From the NCBI RefSeq assembly GCF_009914755.1, contig NC_060948.1: 64,000 bases of DNA; one strand, written 5' to 3'. Every line of letters starts with the position of its first letter. Positions within the stretch are counted from its first letter, which is position 1. Below, in pieces: positions 42,601 through 54,800 of this stretch. The notes beneath the pieces are model-generated. The model worked only from the letters and a program-made list of their open reading frames with translations. It was not told where the DNA came from and ran no database searches. The position numbers and the translations under genes were made by a program. Source of the DNA: the human T2T-CHM13v2.0 reference genome, Homo sapiens.

Positions 42601-45600
42601 CCATTCCATTGGAGTCAATTCCTTTTGACACCCAGCCTTTCCAGTCAATGATTTTGGAGTCTATTTTTTTGCATTCCATTACATTCTATGACATTCGATT
42701 CCGTTTCATTGCATTCCATTCCATACATTTTTATTCCATTCTAGACCGTAGCATTCTGCTTTATTCCAGGCCTGTCCATTACACTACATTCCCTTCCATT
42801 CCAATGAATTCCATTGCATTCCAATCCATTCATTTCCTTTCGCTTGCATTCCATTCTATTCTCTTCTACTGCATACAATTTCACTCCATTCGTTCCCATT
42901 CCATTCAATTCCATTCCATTCAATTCCATTCCATTTGTTTCCATTCTCTTCGATTCCATTTCTTTATATTCCATGCCATTCGATTCCATTCTATTGGATT
43001 GCATTACATTCGTGTTCATCCCATTCCAGACCATTCCATTTGACTCCATTCCTTTCGAGCCCTTTCAATTTGAGTCCATTCCTTTCCAGTCCATTTCACT
43101 CCAGTCCATTACTATCCATTCCATACCATTCCATCCCATTCCATTCCATTCCATTCCATTCCATTGCATTCCATTCCATTCCATTCCATTCCACAGCACT
43201 CCATTCCATTACATTCTACTCTATCTGAGTCGATTTTATTGCATTAGATTCTATTCCATTGGATTACTTTCCATTCGATTACATTTCATTCATGTACATT
43301 CCATTCCAGTCAATTACATTCGAGTTCATTACATTACATTCCAGTATATTCCATTGTATTCGATCCCATTCCTTTCAATTCCATTTCATTCGACTCCATT
43401 ATATTCGATTCCATTCCACTCGAATCCATTCCATTAGAGGACATTCCATTCCAATGCATTCCATTCCATTCCATAGCATTCCATTGCATTCGATTCCATT
43501 CCATTTGATGCCATTCCATTTGATGCCATTCCATGACATTCCATTCCATTCGAGTCAATTCCGTTCCAATTCATTCCATTCCGTTTCATGAAATTCGAGT
43601 CCTTTCCAGTACATTTCATTCCAATCCCATCCAATCCAATCTACTCCATTCAATTCCTTTCCATTCCATTTGATTATATTCCATTGATTTGATTCCATTC
43701 AGTTTGATTCCATTCCGTGAAATTTCCTTCCATTTTCTTCCATTGCATTACTTTCCATTCAATTCCATTCCATTTCATTTCAGTCCATTCGCTTCCTTTC
43801 ATTTCGATTCAATTCCATTTGATTCCACTCCATTCTATGCGATTTCATTCCAATCGATTCAATTCCATTCGATGACATTCCTTTCGTTTCCATTCCATTC
43901 GAGTCCATTCAATTTGAGCATTCGTGTCCATTCTATTCGAGTCCATTCCATTACCGTCTATTCTATTCCCTTCCATTCCTGTTGATTCAATTTCATTCCC
44001 TTCCATTCGATTCCTTTCCATTCGATTCCATTCCTTTCCATTTAATTCCATTCGTTCCCATTCCATGTGATTTCATTCCATTCCAGTCCATTATATTCGA
44101 GTCCACTCCACTCCATTCTATTACATTCAATTCCTTTTGATTCCGTTCCATAACACTCCATTCATTTCGATTCCATTTCTTGCCAGTTTTCTTCCATTTT
44201 ATTCCATTCCGTTCGATTCCATTCCATTCGATTGCATACCATTCGAATCCTTTCCATTCCATTTCATTCCATTCCTTTCTATTCCATTCCATTTCATGCG
44301 ATTTGATTCCATTCTGTTCTATTCCATTCAATTCTTTTTCATTCCTTTCGCATCCTTTCTATTGCAGTCCATTACATTCGAGTCCATTCCAATCCCTTCC
44401 ATTCCATTCCATTACAGTCCATTCCAATAGATTCCATTCATTTGCCTTCCATTCGAATCCATTCCATTCTAGTCCATTCTATTTGAGTCAATTCCATTCC
44501 ATTCCATTCTATTCCTTTCCAATCCATTCGATTATATTCGATTCAATTCCATTTGATTCTTTCATTCTATTTTATTCCATGACATTTGATTGCATTGCAT
44601 TCCATTCCGTTTGATTCCAGTCCATTCAAGAAAGTTCCATTCCAGTCCATTGCTTTCCAGTCCATTCCATTCCACTCTAGTCTATTCCACTCCATTCCTT
44701 TCCATTGCATTCCATACTATTCCATTCCATTCCTTTGCATTCCGTTTCCAATCTATTCGAGTCCATTGCATTCCAGTCCAATCCATTCGATTACATTCCT
44801 TTTGATTCCCTGCCAGTCGATTGCATTGCATACTACACCATTCCAAAGGAGTCCATTCCATTCTATCTCAACACTTTCCATTCCACTCTGTTCGAGTCCA
44901 TTCCATTCCAGTCCATTTAATTCAAGGGCATTCCATTCCATTTCATATTATTCCATTCCATTCAATTCCATTCCAGATGATTCCATTCCATTCTATACCA
45001 TTGCTCTCTGTTCCATTCCATTCCATCTGTCTCCATTCCTTTCGTTTCGATTCCTTTCCATTCCATTCCATTCCATTTGATCCTATTTTATTAAATTGCA
45101 TTCTATTCGAGTGATTTCCATTCGAGTCCTTTCCATTCGATTCCATTCCATTCTATTCCATTCCTTTGGATTCCATTCCATTCCGTTCCGTTCACATCAC
45201 TTCTTTGCGATTCCATTACATTCGATTTCTTGCCATTCGATTCCATTCCTTTTGACTCCATTTCATTCGATTCCATTCCATTCCATTAATTTCCATTCCA
45301 TTCGAGACCTTTCCATTGCAGTCTTTTCCCTTCGAGTCCATTCCGTTCGATTCCCTTCCATTCGATTCCATTCCATTGGAGTCCGTACCAGTCGAGTCCA
45401 TTCTATTCCAGTCCATTAGTTTCGACTCCATTGCATTCGAGTGCATTCCATTCCGTGGCTGTCCATTCCATTCCGTTTGATGCCATTCCATACGATTCCA
45501 TTCAATTCGAGACCATTCTATTCCTGTCCATTCCTTGTGGTTCGATTCCATTTCACTCTAGTCCATTCCATTCCATTCAATTCCATTCGACTCTATTCCG

Positions 45601-45870
45601 TTCCATTCAATTCCATTCCATTCGATTCCATTTTTGTCGAGAACCTTCCATTACACTCCCTTCCATTCCAGTGCATTCCATTCCAGTCTCTTCAGTTCGA
45701 TTCCATTCCATTCGTTTTGATTCCTTTCCATTCCAGCCCATTCCATTCGATTCCATTCCTTTCCTTTCCGTTTCATTAGATTCCATTGCATTCGATTCCA
45801 TTCAATTCAATTCCGTGCTATTCAATTTGATTCATTTCCATTTAATTCCATTCCATTAGATTCCATTCCG
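3649..45870 (+). repeat. Units U2-U13: left sequence subfamily of DYZ1 units
   Basis: Shared diagnostics are GTAGCATTCTGCTTT before the StuI site, GATTACATTTCATT, GAAATTTCCTTCC and CCGTACGATTCC...CCTTTTGAA. The right boundary is approximate. Confidence 0.75.
10085..10099. promoter_or_regulatory. Polymorphic heat-shock element sequence (HSE-C), U3 copy
   Basis: tTTCgaGAAccTTCc-type match in U3, U4, U5, U8, U11, U14, U15 and U18. The first repeat is lost in the other units (tGTCgaGAA, or TTGgaGAA in U17). Confidence 0.45.
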
Positions 45871-48800
45871 TTCGATTCCATTCCTTTCGAATCCATTCCA
45901 TTGGAGTCCATTCACTTCCAGAACATTCCATTCCAGTAGAATCCATTCGAGTACATTCCATTAAAGTTCATTACATTCTAATACATTCCATTCCATTGCA
46001 TTCCATTCCATTCCATTCGATGCCATTCGATTCCATTCCATGCCAAATCATTGCATTCCTTTCCATTCCGTTCCTATCAAATCCATTCCATTCGATTTAG
46101 TTCGATTCTATTCACTTCCATTCCATTCGACTCCATTCCATTGGAGTCAATTCCTTTCGACACCCAGCCTTTCCAGTCAGTGTTTTTGGATTCCATTTTT
46201 TTGCATTCCATTACATTCTATGACATTCGATTCCGTTTCATTGCATTCCATTCCATACATTTTTATTCCATTCGAGACCGTAGCATTCCACTTTATTCCA
46301 GGCCTGTCCATTACACTACATTCCCTTCCATTCCAATGAATTCCATTCCATTCCAATCCATTCCTTTCCTTTCGCTTGCATTCCATTCTATTCTCTTCTA
46401 CTGCATACAATTTCACTCCATTTCTTCCCATTCCATTCAATTCCATTCCATTCAATTCCATTCCATTTGTTTCCATTCTCTTCGATTCCATTTCTTTATA
46501 TTCCATGCCATTCGATTCCATTCTATTGGATTGCATTACATTCGTGTTCATTCCATTCCAGACCATTCCATTTGACTCCATTCTTTTCGAGCCCTTTCAA
46601 TTTGAGTCCATTCCTTTCCAGTCCATTTCACTCCAGTCCATTACTATCCATTCCATACCATTCCATCCCATTCCATTCCATTCCATTCCATTCCATTCCA
46701 TTGCATTCCATTCCATTCCATTCCATTGCACTGCACTGCACTCCATTCCATTACATTCTACTCTATCTGAGTCGATTTTATTGCATTAGATTCTATTCCA
46801 TTGGATTAATTTCCATTCGATTACATTCCATTCATCTACATTCCATTCCAGTCAATTACATTCGAGTTCATTACATTACATTCCAGTATATTCCATTGTA
46901 TTCGATCCCATTCCTTTCAATTCCATTTCATTCGACTCCTTTATATTCGATTCCATTCCACTCGAATTCATTCAATTAGAGGACATTCCATTCCAATGCA
47001 TTCCATTCCATTCCATAGCATCCCATTGCATTCGATTCCATTCCATTTGATGCCATTCCATTTGATGCCATTCCATGACATTCCATTCCATTCGAGTCCA
47101 TTCCGTTCCAATTCATTCCATTCCGTTTCATGAAATTCGAGTACTTTCCAGTACATTTCATTCCAATCCCATCCAATCCAATCTACTCCGTTCAATTCCT
47201 TTCCATTCCATTTGATTATATTCCATTGATTTGATTCCATTCAGTTTGATTCCATTCCGTGAAATTTCGTTCCATTCTATTCCATTGCATTACTTTCCAT
47301 TCAATTCCATTCCATTTCATTTCAGTCCATTCGCTTCCTTTCCTTTCGATTCAATTCCATTTGATTCCACTCCATTCTATGCGATTTCATTCCAGTCGCT
47401 TCAATTCCATTCGATGACATTCCTTTCGTTTCCATTCCATTCGAGTCCATTCAATTTGAGCATTCGTGTCCATTCTATTCGAGTCCATTCCATTACCGTC
47501 TATTCTATTCCCTTCCATTCCTGTTGATTCAATTTCATTCCCTTCCATTCGATTCCTTTCCATTCGATTCCATTCCTTTCCATTCCATTCCATTCGTTCC
47601 CATTCCATGTGATTTCATTCCATTCCAGTCCATTATATTCGAGTCCACTCCACTCCATTCTATTACATTCAATTCCTTTTGAGTCCGTTACATAACACTC
47701 CATTCATTTCGATTCCATTTCTTGCCAGTTTTCTTCCATTTTATTCCATTCCGTTCGATTCCATTCCATTCGATTGCATTCCATTCGAATCCTTTCCATT
47801 CCATTTCATTCCATTCCTTTCTATTCCATTCCATTTCATTCGATTTGATTCCATTCTGTTCTATTCCATTCAATTCTTTTTCATTCCATTCGAATCCTTT
47901 CTATTGCAGTCCATTCCATTCGAGTCCATTCCAATCCCTTCCATTCCATTCCATTACAGTCCATTCCAATAGATTCCATTCCTTTGCCTTCCATTCGAAT
48001 CCATTCCATTCTAGTCCATTCCATTTGAGTCAATTCCATTCCATTCCATTCTATTCCTTTCCAATCCATTCGATTCCTTTCGATTCAATTGCATTTGATT
48101 CTCTTTCATTCTGTTTTATTCCATGCCATTTGATTGCATTGCATTCCATTCCGTTTGATTCCAGTCCATTCAAGAAAGTTCCATTCCAGTCCATTGCTTT
48201 CGAGTCTATTCCATTCCACTCTAGTCTATTCCAATCCATTCCTTTCCATTCCATTCCATACTATTCCATACTATTCCTTTGCATTCCGTTTCCAATCTAT
48301 TCGAGTCCAGTACATTCCAGTCCAATCCATTCGATTACATTCCTTTTGATTCCCTGCCAGTCGATTGCATTGCATACTAGACCATTCCAAAGGAGTCCAT
48401 TCCATTCTATCTCAACACTTTCCATTCCACTCTGTTCGAGTCCATTCCATTCCAGTCCATTTAATTCAAGGGCATTCCATTCCATTCCATTCCATTTCAT
48501 ATTATTCCATTCCATTCAATTCCATTCCAGATGATTCCATTCCATTCTATACCATTGCTCTCTGTTCCATTCCATTACATCTGTCTCCATTCCTTTCGTT
48601 TCGATTCCTTTCCATTCCATTCCATTCCATTTGATCCTATTTTATTAAATTGCATTCTATTCGAGTGATTTCCATTCGAGTCCTTTCCATTCGATTCCAT
48701 TCCATTCTATTCCATTCCTTTGGATTCCATTCCATTCCGTTCCGTTCACATCAATTCCTTGCGATTCCATTACATTCGATTTCTTGCCATTCGATTCCAT

Positions 48801-51800
48801 TCCTTTTGACTCCATTTCATTCGATTCCATTCCATTCCATTAATTTCCATTCCATTCGAGACCTTTCCATTGCAGTCTTTTCCCTTCGAGTCCATTCCGT
48901 TCGATTCCCTTCCATTCGATTCCATTCCATTGGAGTCCGTACCAGTCGAGTCCATTCTATTCCAGTCCATTAGTTTCGACTCCATTGCATTCGAGTGCAT
49001 TCCATTCCGTGGCTGTCCATTCCATTCCGTTTGATGCCATTCCATACGATTCCATTCAATTCGAGACCATTCTATTCCTGTCCATTCCTTGTGGTTCGAT
49101 TCCATTTCACTCTAGTCCATTCCATTCCATTCAATTCCATTCGACTCTATTCCGTTCCATTCAATTCTATTCCATTCGATTCCATTTTTTTCGAGAATCT
49201 TCCATTACACTCCCTTCCATTCCATTGCATTCCATTCCAGTCTCTTCAGTTCGATTCCATTCCATTCGTTTTGATTCCTTTCCATTCCAGCCCATTCCAT
49301 TCCATTCCATTCCTTTCCTTTCCGTTTCATTAGATTCCATTGCATTCGATTCCATTCAATTCAATTCCGTGCTATTCAATTTGATTCATTTCCATTTAAT
49401 TCCATTCCATTAGATTCCATTCCGTTCGATTCCATTCCTTTCGAATCCATTCCATTGGAGTCCATTCACTTCCAGAACATTCCATTCCAGTAGAATCCAT
49501 TCGAGTACATTCCATTAAAGTTCATTACATTCTAATACATTCCATTCCATTGCATTCCATTCCATTCCATTCGATGCCATTCGATTCCATTCCATGCCAA
49601 ATCATTGCATTCCTTTCCATTCCGTTCCTATCAAATCCATTCCATTCGATTTAGTTCGATTCTATTCACTTCCATTCCATTCGATTCCATTCCGTTGGAG
49701 TCAATTCCTTTCGACACCCAGCCTTTCCAGTCAGTGTTTTTGGATTCCATTTTTTTGCATTCCATTACATTCTATGACATTCGATTCCGTTTCATTGCAT
49801 TCCCTTCCATACATTTTTATTCCATTCGAGACCGTAGCATTCCACTTTATTCCAGGCCTGTCCATTACACTACATTCCCTTCCATTCCAATGAATTCCAT
49901 TCCATTCCAATCCATTCCTTTCCTTTCGCTTGCATTCCATTCTATTCTCTTCTACTGCATACAATTTCACTCCATTCCTTCCCATTCCATTCAATTCCAT
50001 TCCATTCAATTCCATTCCATTTATTTCCATTCTCTTCGATTCCATTTCTTTATATTCCATGCCATTCGATTCCATTCTATTGGATTGCGTTACATTCGTG
50101 TTCATTCCATTCCAGACCATTCCATTTGACTCCATTCCTTTCGAGCCCTTTCAATTTGAGTCCATTCCTTTCCAGTCCATTTCACTCCAGTCCATTACTA
50201 TCCATTCCATACCATTCCATCCCATTCCGTTCCATTATATTCCATTCCATTCCATTCCATTGCATTCCATTCCATTCCATTCCATTGCACTGCACTCCAT
50301 TCCATTACATTCTACTCTATCTGAGTCGATTTTATTGCATTAGATTCTATTCCATTGGATTACTTTCCATTCGATTACATTCCATTCATGTACATTCCAT
50401 TCCAGTCAATTACATTCGAGTTCATTACCTTACATTCCAGTATATTCCATTGTATTCGATCCCATTCCTTTCAATTCCATTTCATTCGACTCCATTATAT
50501 TCGATTCCATTCCACTCGAATCCATTCCATTAGAGGACATTCCATTCCAATGCATTCCATTCCATTCCATAGCATTCCATTGCATTCGATTCCATTCCAT
50601 TTGATGCCATTCCATTTGATGCCATTCCATGACATTCCATTCCATTCGAGTCCATTCCGTTCCAATTCATTCCATTCCGTTTCATGAAATTCGAGACCTT
50701 TCCAGTACATTTCATTCCAATCAGATCCAATCCAATCTACTCCATTCAATTCCTTTCCATTCCATTTGATTATATTCCATTGATTTGATTCCATTCAGTT
50801 TGATTCCATTCCGTGATATTTCGTTTCTTTCTATTCCATTGCATTACTTTCCATTCAATTCCATTCCATTTCATTTCAGTCCATTCGCTTCCTTTCCTTT
50901 CGATTCAATTCCATTTGATTCCACTCCATTCTATGCGATTTCATTCCAATCGATTCAATTCCATTCGATGACATTCCTTTCGTTTCCATTCCATTCGAGT
51001 CCATTCAATTTGAGCATTCGTGTCCATTCTATTCGAGTCCATTCCATTACCGTCTATTCTATTCCCTTCCATTCCTGTTGATTCAATTTCATTCCCTTCC
51101 ATTCGATTCCTTTCCATTCGATTCCATTCCTTTCCATTCCATTCCATTCGTTCCCATTCCATGTGATTTCATTCCATTCCAGTCCATTATATTCGAGTCC
51201 ACTCCACTCCATTCTATTACATTCAATTCCTTTTGAGTCCGTTCCATAACACTCCATTCATTTCGATTCCATTTCTTGCCAGTTTTCTTCCATTTTATTC
51301 CATTCCGTTCGATTCCATTCCATTCGATTGCATTCCATTCGAATCCTTTCCATTCCATTTCATTCCATTCCTTTCTATTCCATTCCATTTCATTCGATTT
51401 GATTCCATTCTGTTCTATTCCATTCAATTCTTTTTCATTCCATTCGAATCCTTTCTATTGCAGTCCATTCCATTCGAGTCCATTCCAATCCCTTCCATTG
51501 CATTACATTACAGTCCATTCTAATAGATTCCATTCGTTTGCCTTCCATTTGAATCCATTCCATTCTAGTCCATTCCATTTGAGTCAATTCCATTCCATTC
51601 CATTCTATTCCTTTCCAATCATTTGATTCCATTCGATTCAATTCCATTTGATTCTCTTTCATTGTATTTTATTCCATGCCATTTGATTGCATTGCATTCC
51701 ATTCCGTTTGATTCCAGTCCATTCAAGAAAGTTCCGTTCCAGTCCATTGCTTTCGAGTCCATTCCATTCCACTCTAGTCTATTCCACTCCATTCCTTTCC

Positions 51801-54800
51801 ATTCCATTCCATACTATTCCATTCCATTCCTTTGCATTCCGTTTCCAATCTATTCGAGTCCATTGCATTCCAGTCCAATCCATTCGATTACATTCCTTTT
51901 GATTCCCTGCCAGTTGACTGCATTGCATACTAGACCATTCCAAAGGAGTCCATTCCATTCTATCTCAACACTTTCCATTCCACTCTGTTTGAGTCCATTC
52001 CATTCCAGTCCATTTAATTCAAGGGCATTCCATTCCATTCCATTCCATTTCATATTATTCCATTCCATTCAATTCCATTCCAGATGATTCCATTCCATTC
52101 TATACCATTGCTCTCTCTTCCATTCCATTCCATCTGTCTCCATTCCTTTCGTTTCGATTCCTTTCCATTCCATTCCATTCCATTTGATCCTATTTTATTA
52201 AATTGCATTCTATTCGAGTGATTTCCATTCGAGTCCTTTCCATTCGATTCCATTCCATTCTATTCCATTCCTTTGGATTCCATTCCATTCCGTTCCGTTC
52301 ACATCAATTCCTTGCGATTCCATTACATTCGATTTCTTGCCATTCGATTCCATTCCTTTTGACTCCATTTCATTCGATTCCATTCCATTCCATTAATTTC
52401 CATTCCATTCGAGACCTTTCCATTGCAGTCTTTTCCCTTCGAGTCCATTCCGTTCGATTCCCTTCCATTCGATTCCATTCCATTGGAGTCCGTACCAGTC
52501 GAGTCCATTCTATTCCAGTCCATTAGTTTCGACTCCATTGCATTCGAGTGCATTCCATTCCGTGGCTGTCCATTCCATTCCCTTTGATGCCATTCTATAC
52601 GATTCCATTCAATTCGAGACCATTCTATTCCTGTCCATTCCTTGTGGTTCGATTCCATTTCACTCTAGTCCATTCCATTCCATTCAATTCCATTCGACTC
52701 TATTCCGTTCCATTCAATTCCATTCCATTCGATTCCATGTTTTTCGAGAACTTTCCATTACACTCCCTTCCATTCCAGTGCATTCCATTCCTGTCTCTTC
52801 AGTTCGATTCCATTCCATTCGTTTCGATTCCTTTCCATTCCAGCCCATTCCTTTCCATTCCATTCCTTTCCTTTCCGTTTCATTAGATTCCATTGCATTC
52901 GATTCCATTCAATTCAATTCCGTGCTATTCAATTTGATTCATTTCCATTTAATTCCATTCCATTAGATTCCATTCCGTACGATTCCATTCCTTTTGAATC
53001 CATTCCGTTGGATTCCATTCACTTCCAGAACATTCCATTACAGTCGAATCCATTCGAGTACATTCCATTAAAGTTCATTACATTCTAATACATTCCATTC
53101 CATTGCATTCCATTCCATTCCATTCGATGCCATTCGATTCCATTCCATGCCAAATCATTGCATTCCTTTCCATTCCGTTCCTATCAATTCCATTCAATTC
53201 GATTTAGTTCGATTCTATTCACTTCCATTCCATTCGATTCCATTCCATTGGAGTCAATTCCTTTCGACACCCAGCCTTTCCAGTCAATGATTTTGGATTC
53301 CATTTTTTTGCATTCCATTACATTCTATGACATTCGATTCCGTTTCATTGCATTCCATTCCATACATTTTTATTCCATTCGAGACCGTAGCATTCCACTT
53401 TATTCCAGGCCTGTCCATTACACTACATTCCCTTCCATTCCAATGAATTCCATTCCATTCCAATCCATTCCTTTCCTTTCGCTTGCATTCCATTCTATTC
53501 TCTTCTATTGCATACAATTTCACTCCATTCGTTCCCATTCAATTCAATTCCATTCCATTCAATTCCATTCCATTTGTTTCCATTCTCTTCGATTCCACTT
53601 CTTTATATTCCATGCCATTCGATTCCATTCTATTGGATTGCATTACATTCGTGTTCATTCCATTCCAGACCATTCCATTTGACTCCATTCCTTTCGAGCC
53701 CTTTCAATTTGAGTCCATTTCATTTCAGTCCATTCGCTTCCTTTCCTTTCGATTCAATTCCATTTGATTCCACTCCATTCTATGCGATTTCATTCCAATC
53801 GATTCAATTCCATTCGATGACATTCCTTTCGTTTCCATTCCATTCGATTCCATTCAATTTGCGCATTCGTGTCCATTCTATTCGAGTCCATTCCATTACC
53901 GTCTATTCTATTCCCTTCCATTCCTGTTGATTCAATTTCATTCCCTTCCATTCGATTCCTTTCCATTCGATTCCATTCCTTTCCATTCCATTCCATTCGT
54001 TCCCATTCCATGTGATTTCATTCCATTCCAGTCCATTATATTCGAGTCCACTCCACTCCATTCTATTACATTCAATTCCTTTTGAGTCCGTTCCATAACA
54101 CTCCATTCATTTCGATTCCATTTCTTGCCAGTTTTCTTCCATTTTATTCCATTCCGTTCGATTCCATTCCATTCGATTGCATTCCATTCGAATCCTTTCC
54201 ATTCCATTTCATTCCATTCCTTTCTATTCCATTCCATTTCATTCGATTTGATTCCATTCTGTTCTATTCCATTCAATTCTTTTTCATTCCATTCGAATCC
54301 TTTCTATTGCAGTCCATTCCATTCGAGTCCATTCCAATCCCTTCCATTCCATTCCATTACAGTCCATTCCAATAGATTCCATTCCTTTGCCTTCCATTCG
54401 AATCCATTCCATTCTAGTCCATTCCATTTGAGTCAATTCCATTCCATTCCATTCTATTCCTTTCCAATCCATTCGATTCCATTCGATTCAATTCCATTTG
54501 ATTCTCTTTCATTCTATTTTATTCCATGCCATTTGATTGCATTGCATTCCATTCCGTTTGATTCCAGTCCATTCAAGAAAGTTCCATTCCAGTCCATTGC
54601 TTTCCAGTCCATTCCATTCCACTCTAGTCTATTCCACTCCATTCCTTTCCATTCCATTCCATACTATTCCATTCCATTCCTTTGCATTCCGTTTCCAATC
54701 TATTCGAGTCCATTGCATTCCAGTCCAATCCATTCGATTACATTCCTTTTGATTCCCTGCCAGTCGATTGTATTGCATACTACACCATTCCAAAGGAGTC

